Positions 16,788-27,000 of a stretch of 64,000 nucleotides of DNA are shown here, one piece after another. The translations under genes were made by a program, and so were the position numbers. Source of the stretch: Candidatus Pacearchaeota archaeon (GTDB lineage Archaea; Nanobdellota; Nanobdellia; Pacearchaeales; GW2011-AR1). The stretch covers positions 9,928 to 73,927 of the forward strand of contig JBAZYP010000007.1 in NCBI GenBank assembly GCA_041659265.1, written 5' to 3'. The first letter of the stretch is position 1. Each line of letters starts with the position of its first letter. The notes beneath the pieces are model-generated. The model had not been told where the DNA came from. It saw nothing but the letters and a program-made list of their open reading frames with translations, and searched no databases.

Positions 16788-18188
16788 TTAATTAGAAGTC
16801 AATTTTATATTATCAACCCTGCAGAATTCCGAAGTAGCTCCGGCAGTACATTCAAATCTAATCCTAAAATTAGGATTATTATTTGCACTTGATGGAAGAC
16901 TAAACTCTTTAGATAAATAACTAGCGTCATTAGCTGAACTTGATCCAGTCTGTTCTAATACAAACCAGGTTGTTCCATCATACCACTTAACCTTAAATTC
17001 ATCAGCAATATCCAGTCCAATAAGCCTTCTATAATAACTTAATTTAAGATTACTAAATCCGCTTGTAGATACCGCCTTTTCTATACTTGATGCAGGTTCT
17101 GTAGTGGACATAGGTTTAACTTCAGCTGAATAACTTCCTTGATAAGGATTCGTTGTAGTTAAAGACCAATAATTAGCTGCACTAACTTTTGTTAATATCC
17201 AAGAACTAAACCCATTTTCAAAATCTTCAAAAAAGATTTCTCCAAGATTGCCTATTGGACAATCAACAATGCAATTATTACTATCTTCTCCCTGTTCACA
17301 AACTAAATTTCCACATACAGGTGGATTAGGTAAACTAGGTACAATAAAATTAGTACTTGCAACATTATTTATAGAATTTGCAAACCAAATATAATTCCTA
17401 ACCCTTTGTTCACTTGATAAACCAGTTATACCATCATTTTCAAATGCTTCAGCATGAACACTCATTAAAAGCAAGTTATCTGATTTAATTGCAGCAGGAA
17501 GTTCTCCAGATAGTTCACTAAAACTCATAAGTTTCTCTCCAATTATAGTATTAGGAGTATCTTTATATCCTCTTGTTGGCCCTCCGTAATAAACCATATT
17601 TTCACCATTGCTTAAAGTAGTAACTTTATATGGAGTATTAGAATCATAATCAGCAATCTCTAATATAGATCCTTCAACAGTTGGATATTTGCCTAGTAAA
17701 TCTCCCCAATCATAATAACTACCTTGCCAGTAATAATCAGATGCAGCATAATAAAATCCTGCACATATTCCGACATAAGCTTTACCGCTATTAATATAAT
17801 TATTTATATTGGTTTTTCCTTCTGTACTAAGACTTCTCTGTTGATAATATGCATTCCCACCTGGTTGAATATAGATTTTTAAATTAGGATAATTTGCAAG
17901 ATTACAATTTTTTACATCAGAACTTTTAAGCTCTTGATATATAATATTAGAATCTTGTAATTTCCACCAATCTAAAAAATGAATTATCCATGATCTGGAT
18001 AAATCACCAACTCCTCCGAATCCAGTCTCACCATAAAATACAACATTTGTATTGGAATTTATTGGGCAAGTTGGAACACTTGGAGGTTTAGCTAAAACAA
18101 AAACCATAGTTGATGCAATTACTAAACAAATATAAAAAACAAAAATATATTTTTTAATTTCATAAATTTTTTTATCCCCTCCTTTCAA
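16788..18188 (-). CDS. Secreted protein with a class-I glutamine amidotransferase-like (BPL_N-like) domain and a C-terminal jelly-roll-like domain shared with the 1509 aa protein
   Basis: N-terminal TM/signal. LKIYIQPGGNAYYQQ...SGKAYVGICAGFYYAA resembles the GATase1/BPL_N nucleophile-elbow region. The C-terminal ~145 aa align with residues ~70-215 of the neighbouring giant protein. Confidence 0.55.
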   Translation of the reverse strand: MKGGDKKIYEIKKYIFVFYICLVIASTMVFVLAKPPSVPTCPINSNTNVVFYGETGFGGVGDLSRSWIIHFLDWWKLQDSNIIYQELKSSDVKNCNLANYPNLKIYIQPGGNAYYQQRSLSTEGKTNINNYINSGKAYVGICAGFYYAASDYYWQGSYYDWGDLLGKYPTVEGSILEIADYDSNTPYKVTTLSNGENMVYYGGPTRGYKDTPNTIIGEKLMSFSELSGELPAAIKSDNLLLMSVHAEAFENDGITGLSSEQRVRNYIWFANSINNVASTNFIVPSLPNPPVCGNLVCEQGEDSNNCIVDCPIGNLGEIFFEDFENGFSSWILTKVSAANYWSLTTTNPYQGSYSAEVKPMSTTEPASSIEKAVSTSGFSNLKLSYYRRLIGLDIADEFKVKWYDGTTWFVLEQTGSSSANDASYLSKEFSLPSSANNNPNFRIRFECTAGATSEFCRVDNIKLTSN

Positions 18189-18246
18189 ACAATATAATTA
18201 AACAAAAAAACTATTATTTAAGTATTATTACATTAAAACTATTCTA

Positions 18247-18963
18247 TTAACTTTTTTTATAAAATTTCATACTAAATACAATCAACGAGACTATCAATAA
18301 TGTCATTAAAAATAAACTAACTAATGGATATCTTTTAAAAAATCCGCCTTCTTGAACATTTTCAAATCCAATCACATTTCCAGTTAAACTAACACCATTA
18401 AAAACAAGATTATCACTACCGCTTCCATCATCTATCTTAACAGTATGTTCTCCAGGAGGTCCAGTAAGTCTTATTTTCTTAATCTGACCTATATCAAGAT
18501 AAACCCTTATAGCTTCAGAATAATCATCAATTTTTAAAATTATATCCTTATCATAAATTACATTGCCAATATTCCTAATTATAAGATATTCTCCTTCTAG
18601 ATTAATATCTAATTTCTTTAATTCATCTATATTAAATATCTCCCTGATATTATAATCATAATAACTCAAGCTTACTTCATAAGAACCTGATTCAAATACC
18701 CCTCTTTCAGGTAAATTTTCTATTTCTAAACCAGATAGAATCTTACCGCTAGCAATATCTTGAGAATATAAATCCCGAATTATATAACTTAATTCACCTT
18801 CTAATTGATTATTCCCATCATCATATAACACGGCCCTAAATTTTATTTTTTCTGGAGTTGCCTCTTTTATCTGTATCTCCAGCTTCTCAGCAAAAACAAA
18901 ATTTATAGTAAACAGTATAAATATAGCTAGTGTAACAATTATTATCCCTTTTTTCATATTCAT
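18247..18963 (-). CDS. Small surface protein (signal peptide, beta-rich body, C-terminal TM anchor)
   Basis: 238 aa with signal peptide MNMKKGIIIVTLAIFILFTINFVFA and C-terminal helix YPLVSLFLMTLLIVSLIVF. Confidence 0.6.
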   Translation of the reverse strand: MNMKKGIIIVTLAIFILFTINFVFAEKLEIQIKEATPEKIKFRAVLYDDGNNQLEGELSYIIRDLYSQDIASGKILSGLEIENLPERGVFESGSYEVSLSYYDYNIREIFNIDELKKLDINLEGEYLIIRNIGNVIYDKDIILKIDDYSEAIRVYLDIGQIKKIRLTGPPGEHTVKIDDGSGSDNLVFNGVSLTGNVIGFENVQEGGFFKRYPLVSLFLMTLLIVSLIVFSMKFYKKS

Positions 18964-19070
18964 ATCAAGAATTGATTATTTTTAAAAGTTCCTAAATGAA
19001 TTTTCAAGTTTGAATATTCAGGTTTATATTTTTCAATAATATATTTAAACTATATCATTCAATTATTATA

Positions 19071-19982
19071 ATGGCAAATAATATTCATATAACTTTTTTA
19101 GGTACTTCAAGTGCAGTTCCAACAGAAACAAGAAATCATTCATCAATTCTAATTAACTATCAAGAAGAAAATATTTTAATAGATTGTGGAGAAGGAACTC
19201 AAAGGCAATTAAGAATAAAAAAATTAAATCCAGGAAAAATTACAAGAATTTTAATAACTCATCTTCATGGAGATCATATTTATGGGTTACCAGGATTATT
19301 CCAAACATTATCAATAAATAACTATAAAAAAGTATTATATATCTATGGTCCAAAAGGAACTAAAAAATTAATTGAAAATATTTTTAATATTTTCATACAT
19401 GGTGAAAGAATTAAAGTAGAAGTTAAAGAAGTAAATGGAAAGTTTTTTGAAAATGAGGATTTCATTCTTCAATCATATCCTTTAGAACATGATACCCCTT
19501 GTAATGGATATATTTTTTTAGAAAAAAACAAATTAAGAATAAATAAAGATAAATTAAAAAAATTAAATCTTCCAAATTCACCTGAGATAAAAAAACTTAT
19601 TGAAGGGAAAAACATTAAGATTGATAAAAAATTGATTAAATATAAGGAATTGACATTTAAAGAAAAAGGAAGAAAAATTAGTTTTATTTTTGATACAAGA
19701 TTATGTCCAAATATGAAAAAATTAGCTAAAGATTCAAACCTATCAATTATAGAATCAACATTTTTAGAAGATTCTTCAAAAGGTGCAGCTTTAGCTAAAG
19801 AATATGGGCACCTTACTGCTAAACAAGCAGCAACAATAGCTAAAAAAGAAAATGTTAAAGAATTAATTCTAACCCATCTCTCACAAAGATATGAACATAA
19901 AGAAAAAGTTATACTTGATGAAGCAAAAAAAGTTTTTAATAACACCAAATTAGCTCATGACTTAATGACTGTAAAAATTTAA
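19071..19982 (+). CDS. rnz: Ribonuclease Z (tRNA 3' endonuclease, metallo-beta-lactamase fold)
   Basis: FLGTSSAVPTETRNHSSILI...IDCGEGTQRQL...ILITHLHGDHIYGLPGL and a C-terminal ELILTHLSQRY. Confidence 0.9.
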   Translation: MANNIHITFLGTSSAVPTETRNHSSILINYQEENILIDCGEGTQRQLRIKKLNPGKITRILITHLHGDHIYGLPGLFQTLSINNYKKVLYIYGPKGTKKLIENIFNIFIHGERIKVEVKEVNGKFFENEDFILQSYPLEHDTPCNGYIFLEKNKLRINKDKLKKLNLPNSPEIKKLIEGKNIKIDKKLIKYKELTFKEKGRKISFIFDTRLCPNMKKLAKDSNLSIIESTFLEDSSKGAALAKEYGHLTAKQAATIAKKENVKELILTHLSQRYEHKEKVILDEAKKVFNNTKLAHDLMTVKI

Positions 19983-20148
19983 AAAAATTCTTTTTTATAT
20001 TTTGTAAAAATTAATAAAATTTTCTAGCATTTTTTAGATTAAAAAAATAATAAAACCTATAAAAAATAAAAAGTTTAAACTAGCTTAGAAAATTTCTAAG
20101 AACTTTGCGACCCAGCTATAAACAAATTAGATCAAAGCTCAATTCTGA

Positions 20149-20391
20149 TTATTTAGCCATACTAGCAGGAGAAATAAAGATAATTGTGTCCCCTCTCAAA
20201 AAGGTAAGTCCGACACTTCTTTTATTCTCGTTGTCTACAATCTCTTTAGCATTATCTAACACAATATTAATGTGTATGTCAAATGCTAATAGAGTTCCAA
20301 CCATCTGCTTGTTGTTTTTAAGCTGAACTAACACTTCTTTTCCTTTAGCGTTGTTCAACACATCAAGTGGCCTATCAATTCCATTAACCAT
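20149..20391 (-). CDS. Archaeal Sm-like (LSm/SmAP) protein
   Basis: 80 aa. Sm1/Sm2 pattern: PLDVLNNAKGKEVLVQLKNNKQMVGTLLAFDIHINIVLDNA...LFLRGDTIIFISP. Confidence 0.9.
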   Translation of the reverse strand: MVNGIDRPLDVLNNAKGKEVLVQLKNNKQMVGTLLAFDIHINIVLDNAKEIVDNENKRSVGLTFLRGDTIIFISPASMAK

Positions 20392-20604
20392 AAAAATTCA
20401 CTAATTTAAAGGTATTTAAACATTTCTATTAAAACAAGTTTATCTCTCGTAGATATATTATTTTTATAAAATATTTAATGTTTTTATAGAATTATATGAT
20501 TAAATTCAACCAAATAAATTTTAAAGATTTATAAATAAAAAATATTTTTTTTCGCTTTAATCAAATTTTATGACCTAAATTGATTATCTAAAAATTCCGA
20601 AAAC

Positions 20605-20612
20605 TTTAAATA
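20605..20612 (+). promoter_or_regulatory. TATA-box-like element (TTTAAATA) preceded by a purine-rich BRE-like GAAAAC, upstream of rps8e
   Basis: The element is centred about 25 nt upstream of the ATG at 20634, consistent with a leaderless mRNA. The same word AAAACTTTAAATA recurs upstream of rpl44e. AT-rich background makes this call weak. Confidence 0.35.
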
Positions 20613-20633
20613 TGAACTTTACAAAGAATTTTT

Positions 20634-20999
20634 ATGGGATACGGAAGAAAAATATCAGGCGGAAAATATAAAATTTTAAGAAAGACAAAAAAGTTTGAAC
20701 TAGTTGGAATAGCAAGAAAAGTTAAACTTGGAAAAACAAAACAAAAAGTTGTTAGAGGCCAAGGTGGAAACAAAAAAAATATTCTTTTAACTGGAGAATT
20801 TGCTAATGTTTATAATCCATCAACTAAAAAATCTAAAAAAGCAAAAATAAAAAATGTTCTTGAAACTCCTTCAAATAGATTCTGGGCAAGACAAAATATT
20901 CTTATTAAAAGCGCGGTTATTGAGACTGATATTGGTAAGGCTAAAATAACTAACAGACCTTCTCAAGAAGGAACTATTAATGCAATTTTAATAGAATAA
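20634..20999 (+). CDS. rps8e: 30S ribosomal protein S8e
   Basis: 121 aa. The N-terminus is MGYGRKISGGKYKILRKTKKFELVG and the composition is basic, typical of eS8. Confidence 0.85.
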   Translation: MGYGRKISGGKYKILRKTKKFELVGIARKVKLGKTKQKVVRGQGGNKKNILLTGEFANVYNPSTKKSKKAKIKNVLETPSNRFWARQNILIKSAVIETDIGKAKITNRPSQEGTINAILIE

Positions 21000-21126
21000 T
21001 CCTTCAAATTTTAACTATATGTTACCCTCGATTAGAGCTAAATCTGGATAGAAAGCTTTATAAATACAGTTCACCCTCTATTTATAAATATTACTAAACC
21101 TTTATAAAAGGTTTTATTGTTAAAAA

Positions 21127-22071
21127 ATGTCAAGCGTAAGAAGATGTCCTGAATGTGGTAGTATAAGTCTTAATTGGGATGAACAAAGAGGGGAAGTTTA
21201 TTGCAACGAATGCGGTACTGTTGTTGAAGAAAAAATGGTTGATTCATCACAAGAACTTCAAGGCAGTTTTGATTCTGGTGATAAAAAAGGTCGAGGTGGA
21301 GCCCCATTATCGATGCAAAAATTCGATAAAGGTCTTACAACTAATGTAGGAGAGATTTCTGATATCTATCGTTTAGACACCGGTTCAACTAGGAAATTCT
21401 TAAGATTAAAAAAATGGCAAGAAAGAGTTTCAACTTCAATTGAAAGAAATTTAAGACTTGCTATGACTGAATTAAGAAGAGTTGCTTCCTTCCTTAATCT
21501 TCCAGAAGTTGTTAAAGATGAAGCTTCAAGAATATATCAATTTGTCCTGCAAAGAGGCCTTGTTAGAGGCAGATCAATGGAATCGGTTATAGCGGCATGT
21601 ATTTACGCAGCTTGCAGAAGTTATGATATCCCAAGAACCTTAGATGAAATCTCAGCAGCATCAGATGTTGAAAGAAAAGAAATTGGAAGAACATATAGAT
21701 TTATTATAAGAAAATTAGGAATTAAAGTAACTCCTTCTTCTCCAAAAGATTACATCCATAGATTTGCTTCAGTTTTGAAATTATCACCAAAAACACAAAA
21801 CGAAGCATTAAAAATTCTTAAAAGAGCAGAAGGTTCAGAACTTACTTCAGGAAGAGGTCCAGCAGGAATAGCTGCAGCAGGTCTTTATGTTGCTGCATTA
21901 TTAAACAATGAAAAAAAGACCCAAAGAGAAGTTGCTGATGTTGCAGGTATAACCGAAGTAACTATAAGAAACAGATATAAGGAACTTCTTGATAAATTAG
22001 GTCTTGAGGATAAATTAAAAGTAAAAGAAACTGAAGCTAAAGAAAACAAGAAAAAAGAAAAAGAAGAATAA
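21127..22071 (+). CDS. tfb: Transcription initiation factor IIB (TFB)
   Basis: N-terminal zinc ribbon CPECGS...YCNECG, followed by two cyclin-like repeats (RGRSMESVIAACIYAACR and GRGPAGIAAAGLYVAA). Confidence 0.95.
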   Translation: MSSVRRCPECGSISLNWDEQRGEVYCNECGTVVEEKMVDSSQELQGSFDSGDKKGRGGAPLSMQKFDKGLTTNVGEISDIYRLDTGSTRKFLRLKKWQERVSTSIERNLRLAMTELRRVASFLNLPEVVKDEASRIYQFVLQRGLVRGRSMESVIAACIYAACRSYDIPRTLDEISAASDVERKEIGRTYRFIIRKLGIKVTPSSPKDYIHRFASVLKLSPKTQNEALKILKRAEGSELTSGRGPAGIAAAGLYVAALLNNEKKTQREVADVAGITEVTIRNRYKELLDKLGLEDKLKVKETEAKENKKKEKEE

Positions 22072-22121
22072 TTTAGTTTATTTTTAAAAAATCTTTTTTA
22101 TCTCTTCATTAGCGACTTTTT

Positions 22122-22736
22122 TTATTTTACCCATTTATTTCTAACTAAAAAATCCTTTACTTTTACAGAAATTTTATGATGTCCATTCTTATCCGGATGT
22201 AATCCATCAGAAAGATCTCTTAATTCCAAACTATCAAAAATAGAAAGATAATGAATATCTTCAGCTTTTGTTACATGCCTTAGTCTTTCATCATATTCAA
22301 TAATATTCTTGTTTTTAAAATAAATATTTTTTTTCCAAGTTAAAGGCATTGTTCTTTCTTCATCAACTTTTTTTAATCCAACAAATACGATTTTATCAGT
22401 AAATTCTTTAGCTTTTTTTATTAATTCTTCAATATTTAACTCATATTCATCTATTTCAACCCTATTATTTCCTTCCCTATCTACATAAGAAGAATCATTA
22501 TCCCCTATTGCAAAAATAATAATATCAGGATTTCTAGAATAACAATCATTTGTAAATCTTTCAATTAATTCTCTTGTAGTTTCCCCAATTATTCCAAAAT
22601 TATATACAATAACATTATTTTCTTTTTCTAAAGATAATCTTAATCTATTAACCCATCCACCTTTTTCATTATCTCCCTTCCCATAAGCAGTACTTGCTCC
22701 AAATACACAAATTGTTTTTGCCATAAAATATTTCAC
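22122..22736 (-). CDS. SGNH/GDSL-family hydrolase
   Basis: Block I CVFGASTAYG, block III IIIFAIGDNDS and block V DGLHPDKNGH. Confidence 0.8.
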   Translation of the reverse strand: MKYFMAKTICVFGASTAYGKGDNEKGGWVNRLRLSLEKENNVIVYNFGIIGETTRELIERFTNDCYSRNPDIIIFAIGDNDSSYVDREGNNRVEIDEYELNIEELIKKAKEFTDKIVFVGLKKVDEERTMPLTWKKNIYFKNKNIIEYDERLRHVTKAEDIHYLSIFDSLELRDLSDGLHPDKNGHHKISVKVKDFLVRNKWVK

Positions 22737-22886
22737 CCTAATTCATGTATTATTAAATTACAATTTAGTTATAATATAATGCGATTGAAGAGGATTTTGA
22801 ACACTTCAACTCTTCTTAGAGTTGGAGTCGCCGGGGATTATATCTCCGAGCGCTTTCAAATCATCTTCTCATTTTTATTTAATATG

Positions 22887-22968
22887 ATGCGGGGAAGAGG
22901 ATTTGAACCTCTGCAGCACTAAGCATCACGGCCTAAACGTGACCCGTTTGACCGCTCCGGCATCCCCG
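22887..22968 (-). tRNA. tRNA-Leu (anticodon TAG), long variable arm
   Basis: Reverse strand: GCGGGGATGCCGGAGCGGTCAAACGGGTCACGTTTAGGCCGTGATGCTTAGTGCTGCAGAGGTTCAAATCCTCTTCCCCGCA. The anticodon loop is UUUAGGC and the discriminator is A. Confidence 0.9.
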
Positions 22969-23106
22969 CAATAAAAATCTTAAAATTCGTTCCTATAAAA
23001 AACTTCTCTTTTTGCAAAATGAATCTTAATTGCCATATAAAGTTACTTTAATTAAGTAGTAACAAAATAGTAAAGTTTAAATATAAAATAAGATTATAAA
23101 TAATGA

Positions 23107-23619
23107 ATGATTAAAACAATTGAAATCATGCCTGTAAGAAAAAAATTTATAATAGAAGAAGAACCTTTAGAATTGCAAGATCCTAAAAAAATTTCTGAGT
23201 TAATAAAAAAAGTTTTTGGAAATGAATTAAGAAAAGAATTCTTCTATGAAGGAGATAAAAATATTCATTTCTATTCTCATGAATCCAAATATAGGGGAAT
23301 TGTTATTGTTATGCCAAATATCAAAGATATTGCAACTTATCTAGATATAATCGCTGTAGATTGCGAATATAAAGGAAAAGGTCTTGGTAAGGATTTATTT
23401 GAATCAATTATAAATATACAAGAAAATCCTAAATTATTTTGGAGATCTAGAGTAGATAGACTTGCTAATGACTGGTATAAACGAAAATCTGATGAATACA
23501 AAGAATATTCAACAGATAATAAGACTAATTATAATCTTTATACAATAGGATTATCCAATAATGAAAAAGAAAAAGCTTTAGAGTTTGTTAAAAAAAGGCA
23601 ATCTAATTTTATAGAATAA
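23107..23619 (+). CDS. GNAT-family N-acetyltransferase (putative)
   Basis: Motif A-like IIAVDCEYKGKGLGKDLFESII, with a size (170 aa) typical of the family. Confidence 0.55.
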   Translation: MIKTIEIMPVRKKFIIEEEPLELQDPKKISELIKKVFGNELRKEFFYEGDKNIHFYSHESKYRGIVIVMPNIKDIATYLDIIAVDCEYKGKGLGKDLFESIINIQENPKLFWRSRVDRLANDWYKRKSDEYKEYSTDNKTNYNLYTIGLSNNEKEKALEFVKKRQSNFIE

Positions 23620-23967
23620 TTATTTCTTCTTTCTAACTTTTATCCTGCCTTGATTGGATAAATGCATCTTATGTTCTACTTCATTCATAAGTTTGGTTAA
23701 AGCCTTATGAACTGAATCATGTAAATCATATTCATCAGTATTAGATTCAAAACTATGACCCGGAACTATTAATCTTACTCCGACAGCATATCTTTTAACA
23801 GTGCCTTCCTTATAAAAACACTTTAAATGAACATCAAAAGAAGTTATATTTTCAAAATGTCTTTCAAGTTTAGATTTATATTCCTTTGTCAATCTTTCAA
23901 TTATCCCTCTTTCATACTCATCAAGGCTTTCAACCCCTTTTCCACATGATATTTTTATATTTTCCAT
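23620..23967 (-). CDS. HPF/RaiA-like (S30AE family) ribosome-associated protein, putative
   Basis: 115 aa. The secondary-structure-like pattern IKISCGKG...FDVHLKC...VGVRLIVPGHSFESNTDEYDLHDSVHKALTKLMNEVEHKMH parallels bacterial HPF (..ASAEGQDMYAAIDGLIDKLARQLTKHK). Confidence 0.4.
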   Translation of the reverse strand: MENIKISCGKGVESLDEYERGIIERLTKEYKSKLERHFENITSFDVHLKCFYKEGTVKRYAVGVRLIVPGHSFESNTDEYDLHDSVHKALTKLMNEVEHKMHLSNQGRIKVRKKK

Positions 23968-24080
23968 CTTTTATATCTAAAATAATAATCACTATTATTT
24001 AAATTTTCCTCACTACTTTATAATCCTATTATATTTTTGCAGTAGTTAATCTATTTTTTTTTCAAAAATAATTTTTTTAA

Positions 24081-27000
24081 TTAAACTTTTTGACTTTCAG
24101 TATGCATTTTATTTAATACTTGAAAGATTTTATTTGATAGAGTTTTATCTCCTTCAATTAAATTATTTTTTATACTAACAAGATCCTGACTTCCTCTTTC
24201 TATAACAATTTCATCCCCATTGCCAGTATTTTCAACTAATTTTCTTATACCTTCAACATAACCCACTTTAGAATCAAAACTATCATCATTTGAAACCCAC
24301 CGATTAGTTCTAGAATCAAACCTATATATTCTAGTACTTGATAAAGAACCAAAAAAATTCTTAAAATTTAATCTTATTTTAACATCTTTCTTTAATATCT
24401 CATCACTATAAGTTATCACTTCTTCCACAGGCTCATTTTCAGATACTGGATTTTCTATAGAAGGTTCTGCATTAATGCCGGTTTCTTCAAAATTATCTCC
24501 AATAATTTCATTTGCAGTATTTGTTTCAGCTAATAAATTACTTGAATAAGTTAATATATCTCCATTATTATTAGTTTTTGAAATAAGACTTTCTGCTACT
24601 TTCCTATATAAATTAGCTAGCAAATATTGTCCCCTAGCTCTATGAAGATTATTAGATCCAATATTAACTAATCTTGTTAAACTATTTGCTATAGGATTTA
24701 TTTTACCTTCAATTGTAATTTTATCATCTGTAGACAATATAAAAAGACTTTTCAAATCCTGTTCAGCTTGATTAGCTATATTTATGCTTTCAATATCTCC
24801 AAGATAATCTTCTTCACCTAACATTTTTAGATTTATATTTCCAAGAGTATTCTCTTCAATTTGTTCATTTTTAATTACATTCTTTGCTGAATCTGTGTCT
24901 AACCAGCATTTTATTGTTCTATCATCACAATATCCAACTTCTTTCCATTTATCATAAACCGATTTAGTAGGATCATACTCTCCATTAGATAATACTTGTT
25001 TTCCAGGATTTTCACTTGAACATACTCTTATTATTCCACTATTATACAATTCAGGATTAATTGCATCTTCGACCCCGCTTTGAAGATTTGGTTGAGCTAA
25101 ACTATATACAGAAGGACTTCCAGCAACACATTCTTTTTCACTTTTAATTCCAGTTTTTAATTGCTCCTCTGCATAAGAATCACTCATACTATTCAATAAA
25201 TAAGAAGTAGAAACTTTTCCAAATCCACATTCATCTTTTCCATTAACACTTATGCATAATTGTTTAAAACCAAATGGAGCAGTAAAATCTCTAGCTTCAT
25301 CAGCTTGCCCTCCTCTTGAAACATATCCTCTTGCAACTACATATGAACCCATTGTATTAACATAATCTAATTTTGGAGAGTCTTTCAAATAAACTACATA
25401 TGTACTTCCCATATCTTTTCCAGCATAAATATGATAATAAACTTTATAATGAGAAGTTGGAGGAATTGTTGCAGTTGTCATTACATCTTCACTAAACCAA
25501 GCAGTATATTGTACAGGACTATCAGGTTCTATTAATCTTGAAAAGAAATCATTTCCACCAGGTACATTAAATGAAACAAATGATTTGCATATATCAGTTC
25601 CAACATCTTCACTAGTTCTTCCACTAAATGCTTTCATGGAGTTTATTGCATAAGTATCAGTAAAATAACTAACAGCTTTCTGGGTATTATCCCACGCCCC
25701 CTTAACAGTAAGATATTCTCCTCCACCTCTAACCCCTTGATTATACATGCTTTCAAAAACTCTTGGTATTATTACATTTAAGAATGGTGCAGCTTGTTTC
25801 CAAAAAAATTCACATAAATAAATACTTTTAATCTCATCGCATACTCCAACATTTCTTCCAGTAATTAGACTTTCATTCAAACATTGCACAGTTGAATTTA
25901 AAATACTAATATAACTTTCAATTCCTGCATGAACTCCTGTAAGGCATATAGGAATCATTACACCTTCTTTTAAATTAGGTAAACATAATGATAAACTTCC
26001 TAAAACACCTGATTGAATTACATCATCAACCCGATATTGTCCACCTAGATCACATCTGGATGCAGGACATATTACAGGGTCACATACATTAAACATAATA
26101 TTACAATCTTGTGGACTCATGAAATCTGTGCATTTTCCTTCACTGCCACCAAAAGTTGTTCCAGAAGAAAAAGTTTTACCATTAATTGTAATCCTTTCTT
26201 TTCCATATTGTTTAGAAGCATCCTGTATTGCTTGTTGTGCCCTAGATATTAATATTCTAGATTCAGCTGGTGTCATTCCAGGAAAACCAGGGTCAGCTCC
26301 TGTATCTACATTATAATATCTGCAAATATCATCTGCACTTTTCTTGAATTCAATTAAACCATTTTCACCAACATTGCAAATATAAAAATTAACCACTCTT
26401 CCAGATTCATCATAAGGTTTTCCAAATCCAGATAATATATAAGTTAATTCAACATACCATCCTTCATTTATATCAAAAGGAACTTCAGAAGGAAGTCCTT
26501 TATATGGTGCTCTATCAAAATACTTAATCATTAATCTTGTTGGATCCTGCATAGGATTATGATATGATTTTTGATTTAATTCTTTAACCCTATCTAAACC
26601 AGATAGACTCAAATATTCTTGAACAGATTTTAAAGCATCCCCAGTTACAGGAGTTCCATCTACACTAAAAACTTTTAATGTTCCATTTTGAACATTAGGA
26701 GTATAACTTCCAGGTGCCCCGCTAACTTCCCTCATTTCAACAATAACTTCCCTTCCACCAATTCCACCTAATGCAACAAAATCAGTATTACCAAAAGTTT
26801 TTCTAAATGGAATAAATACTCTAATAATATTTGCTCCTTCATTAAAATTCTTATAAACAGAATGCGTAGAATCACTTTTTAATATTGATTTTACTTCTCC
26901 AAGCGTATAAGAATCTCCTACCGGAGTTAAAGTCCTAATATCAAGATTATATTTCTTAGCATCATTTTCAGCTTTTAATCTTGCTTGATTAGTTTCATAA

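Noticed and set aside
20084-20100. Palindrome CTTAGAAA-a-TTTCTAAG between the convergent rnz and Sm genes, and a similar 20-nt palindrome ATAACTTTG-tc-CAAAGTTAT at 35152..35171 between the convergent S3Ae and 339 aa genes
   Set aside because: Both lie between convergent 3' ends and are most simply bidirectional terminator-type or chance AT-rich palindromes. The loops are too short for a simple hairpin and there is nothing further to interpret.
19469-20326. ORFs 19469..19948 (-) and 20105..20326 (+), antisense to rnz and to the Sm gene
   Set aside because: The sense-strand genes have unmistakable family signatures, so these are shadow ORFs.
22781-22853. A fifth functional tRNA gene
   Set aside because: The acceptor stem has two mismatches, the anticodon-like hairpin has a 6-nt loop and the T-stem does not pair. 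It is treated as a remnant (see findings).
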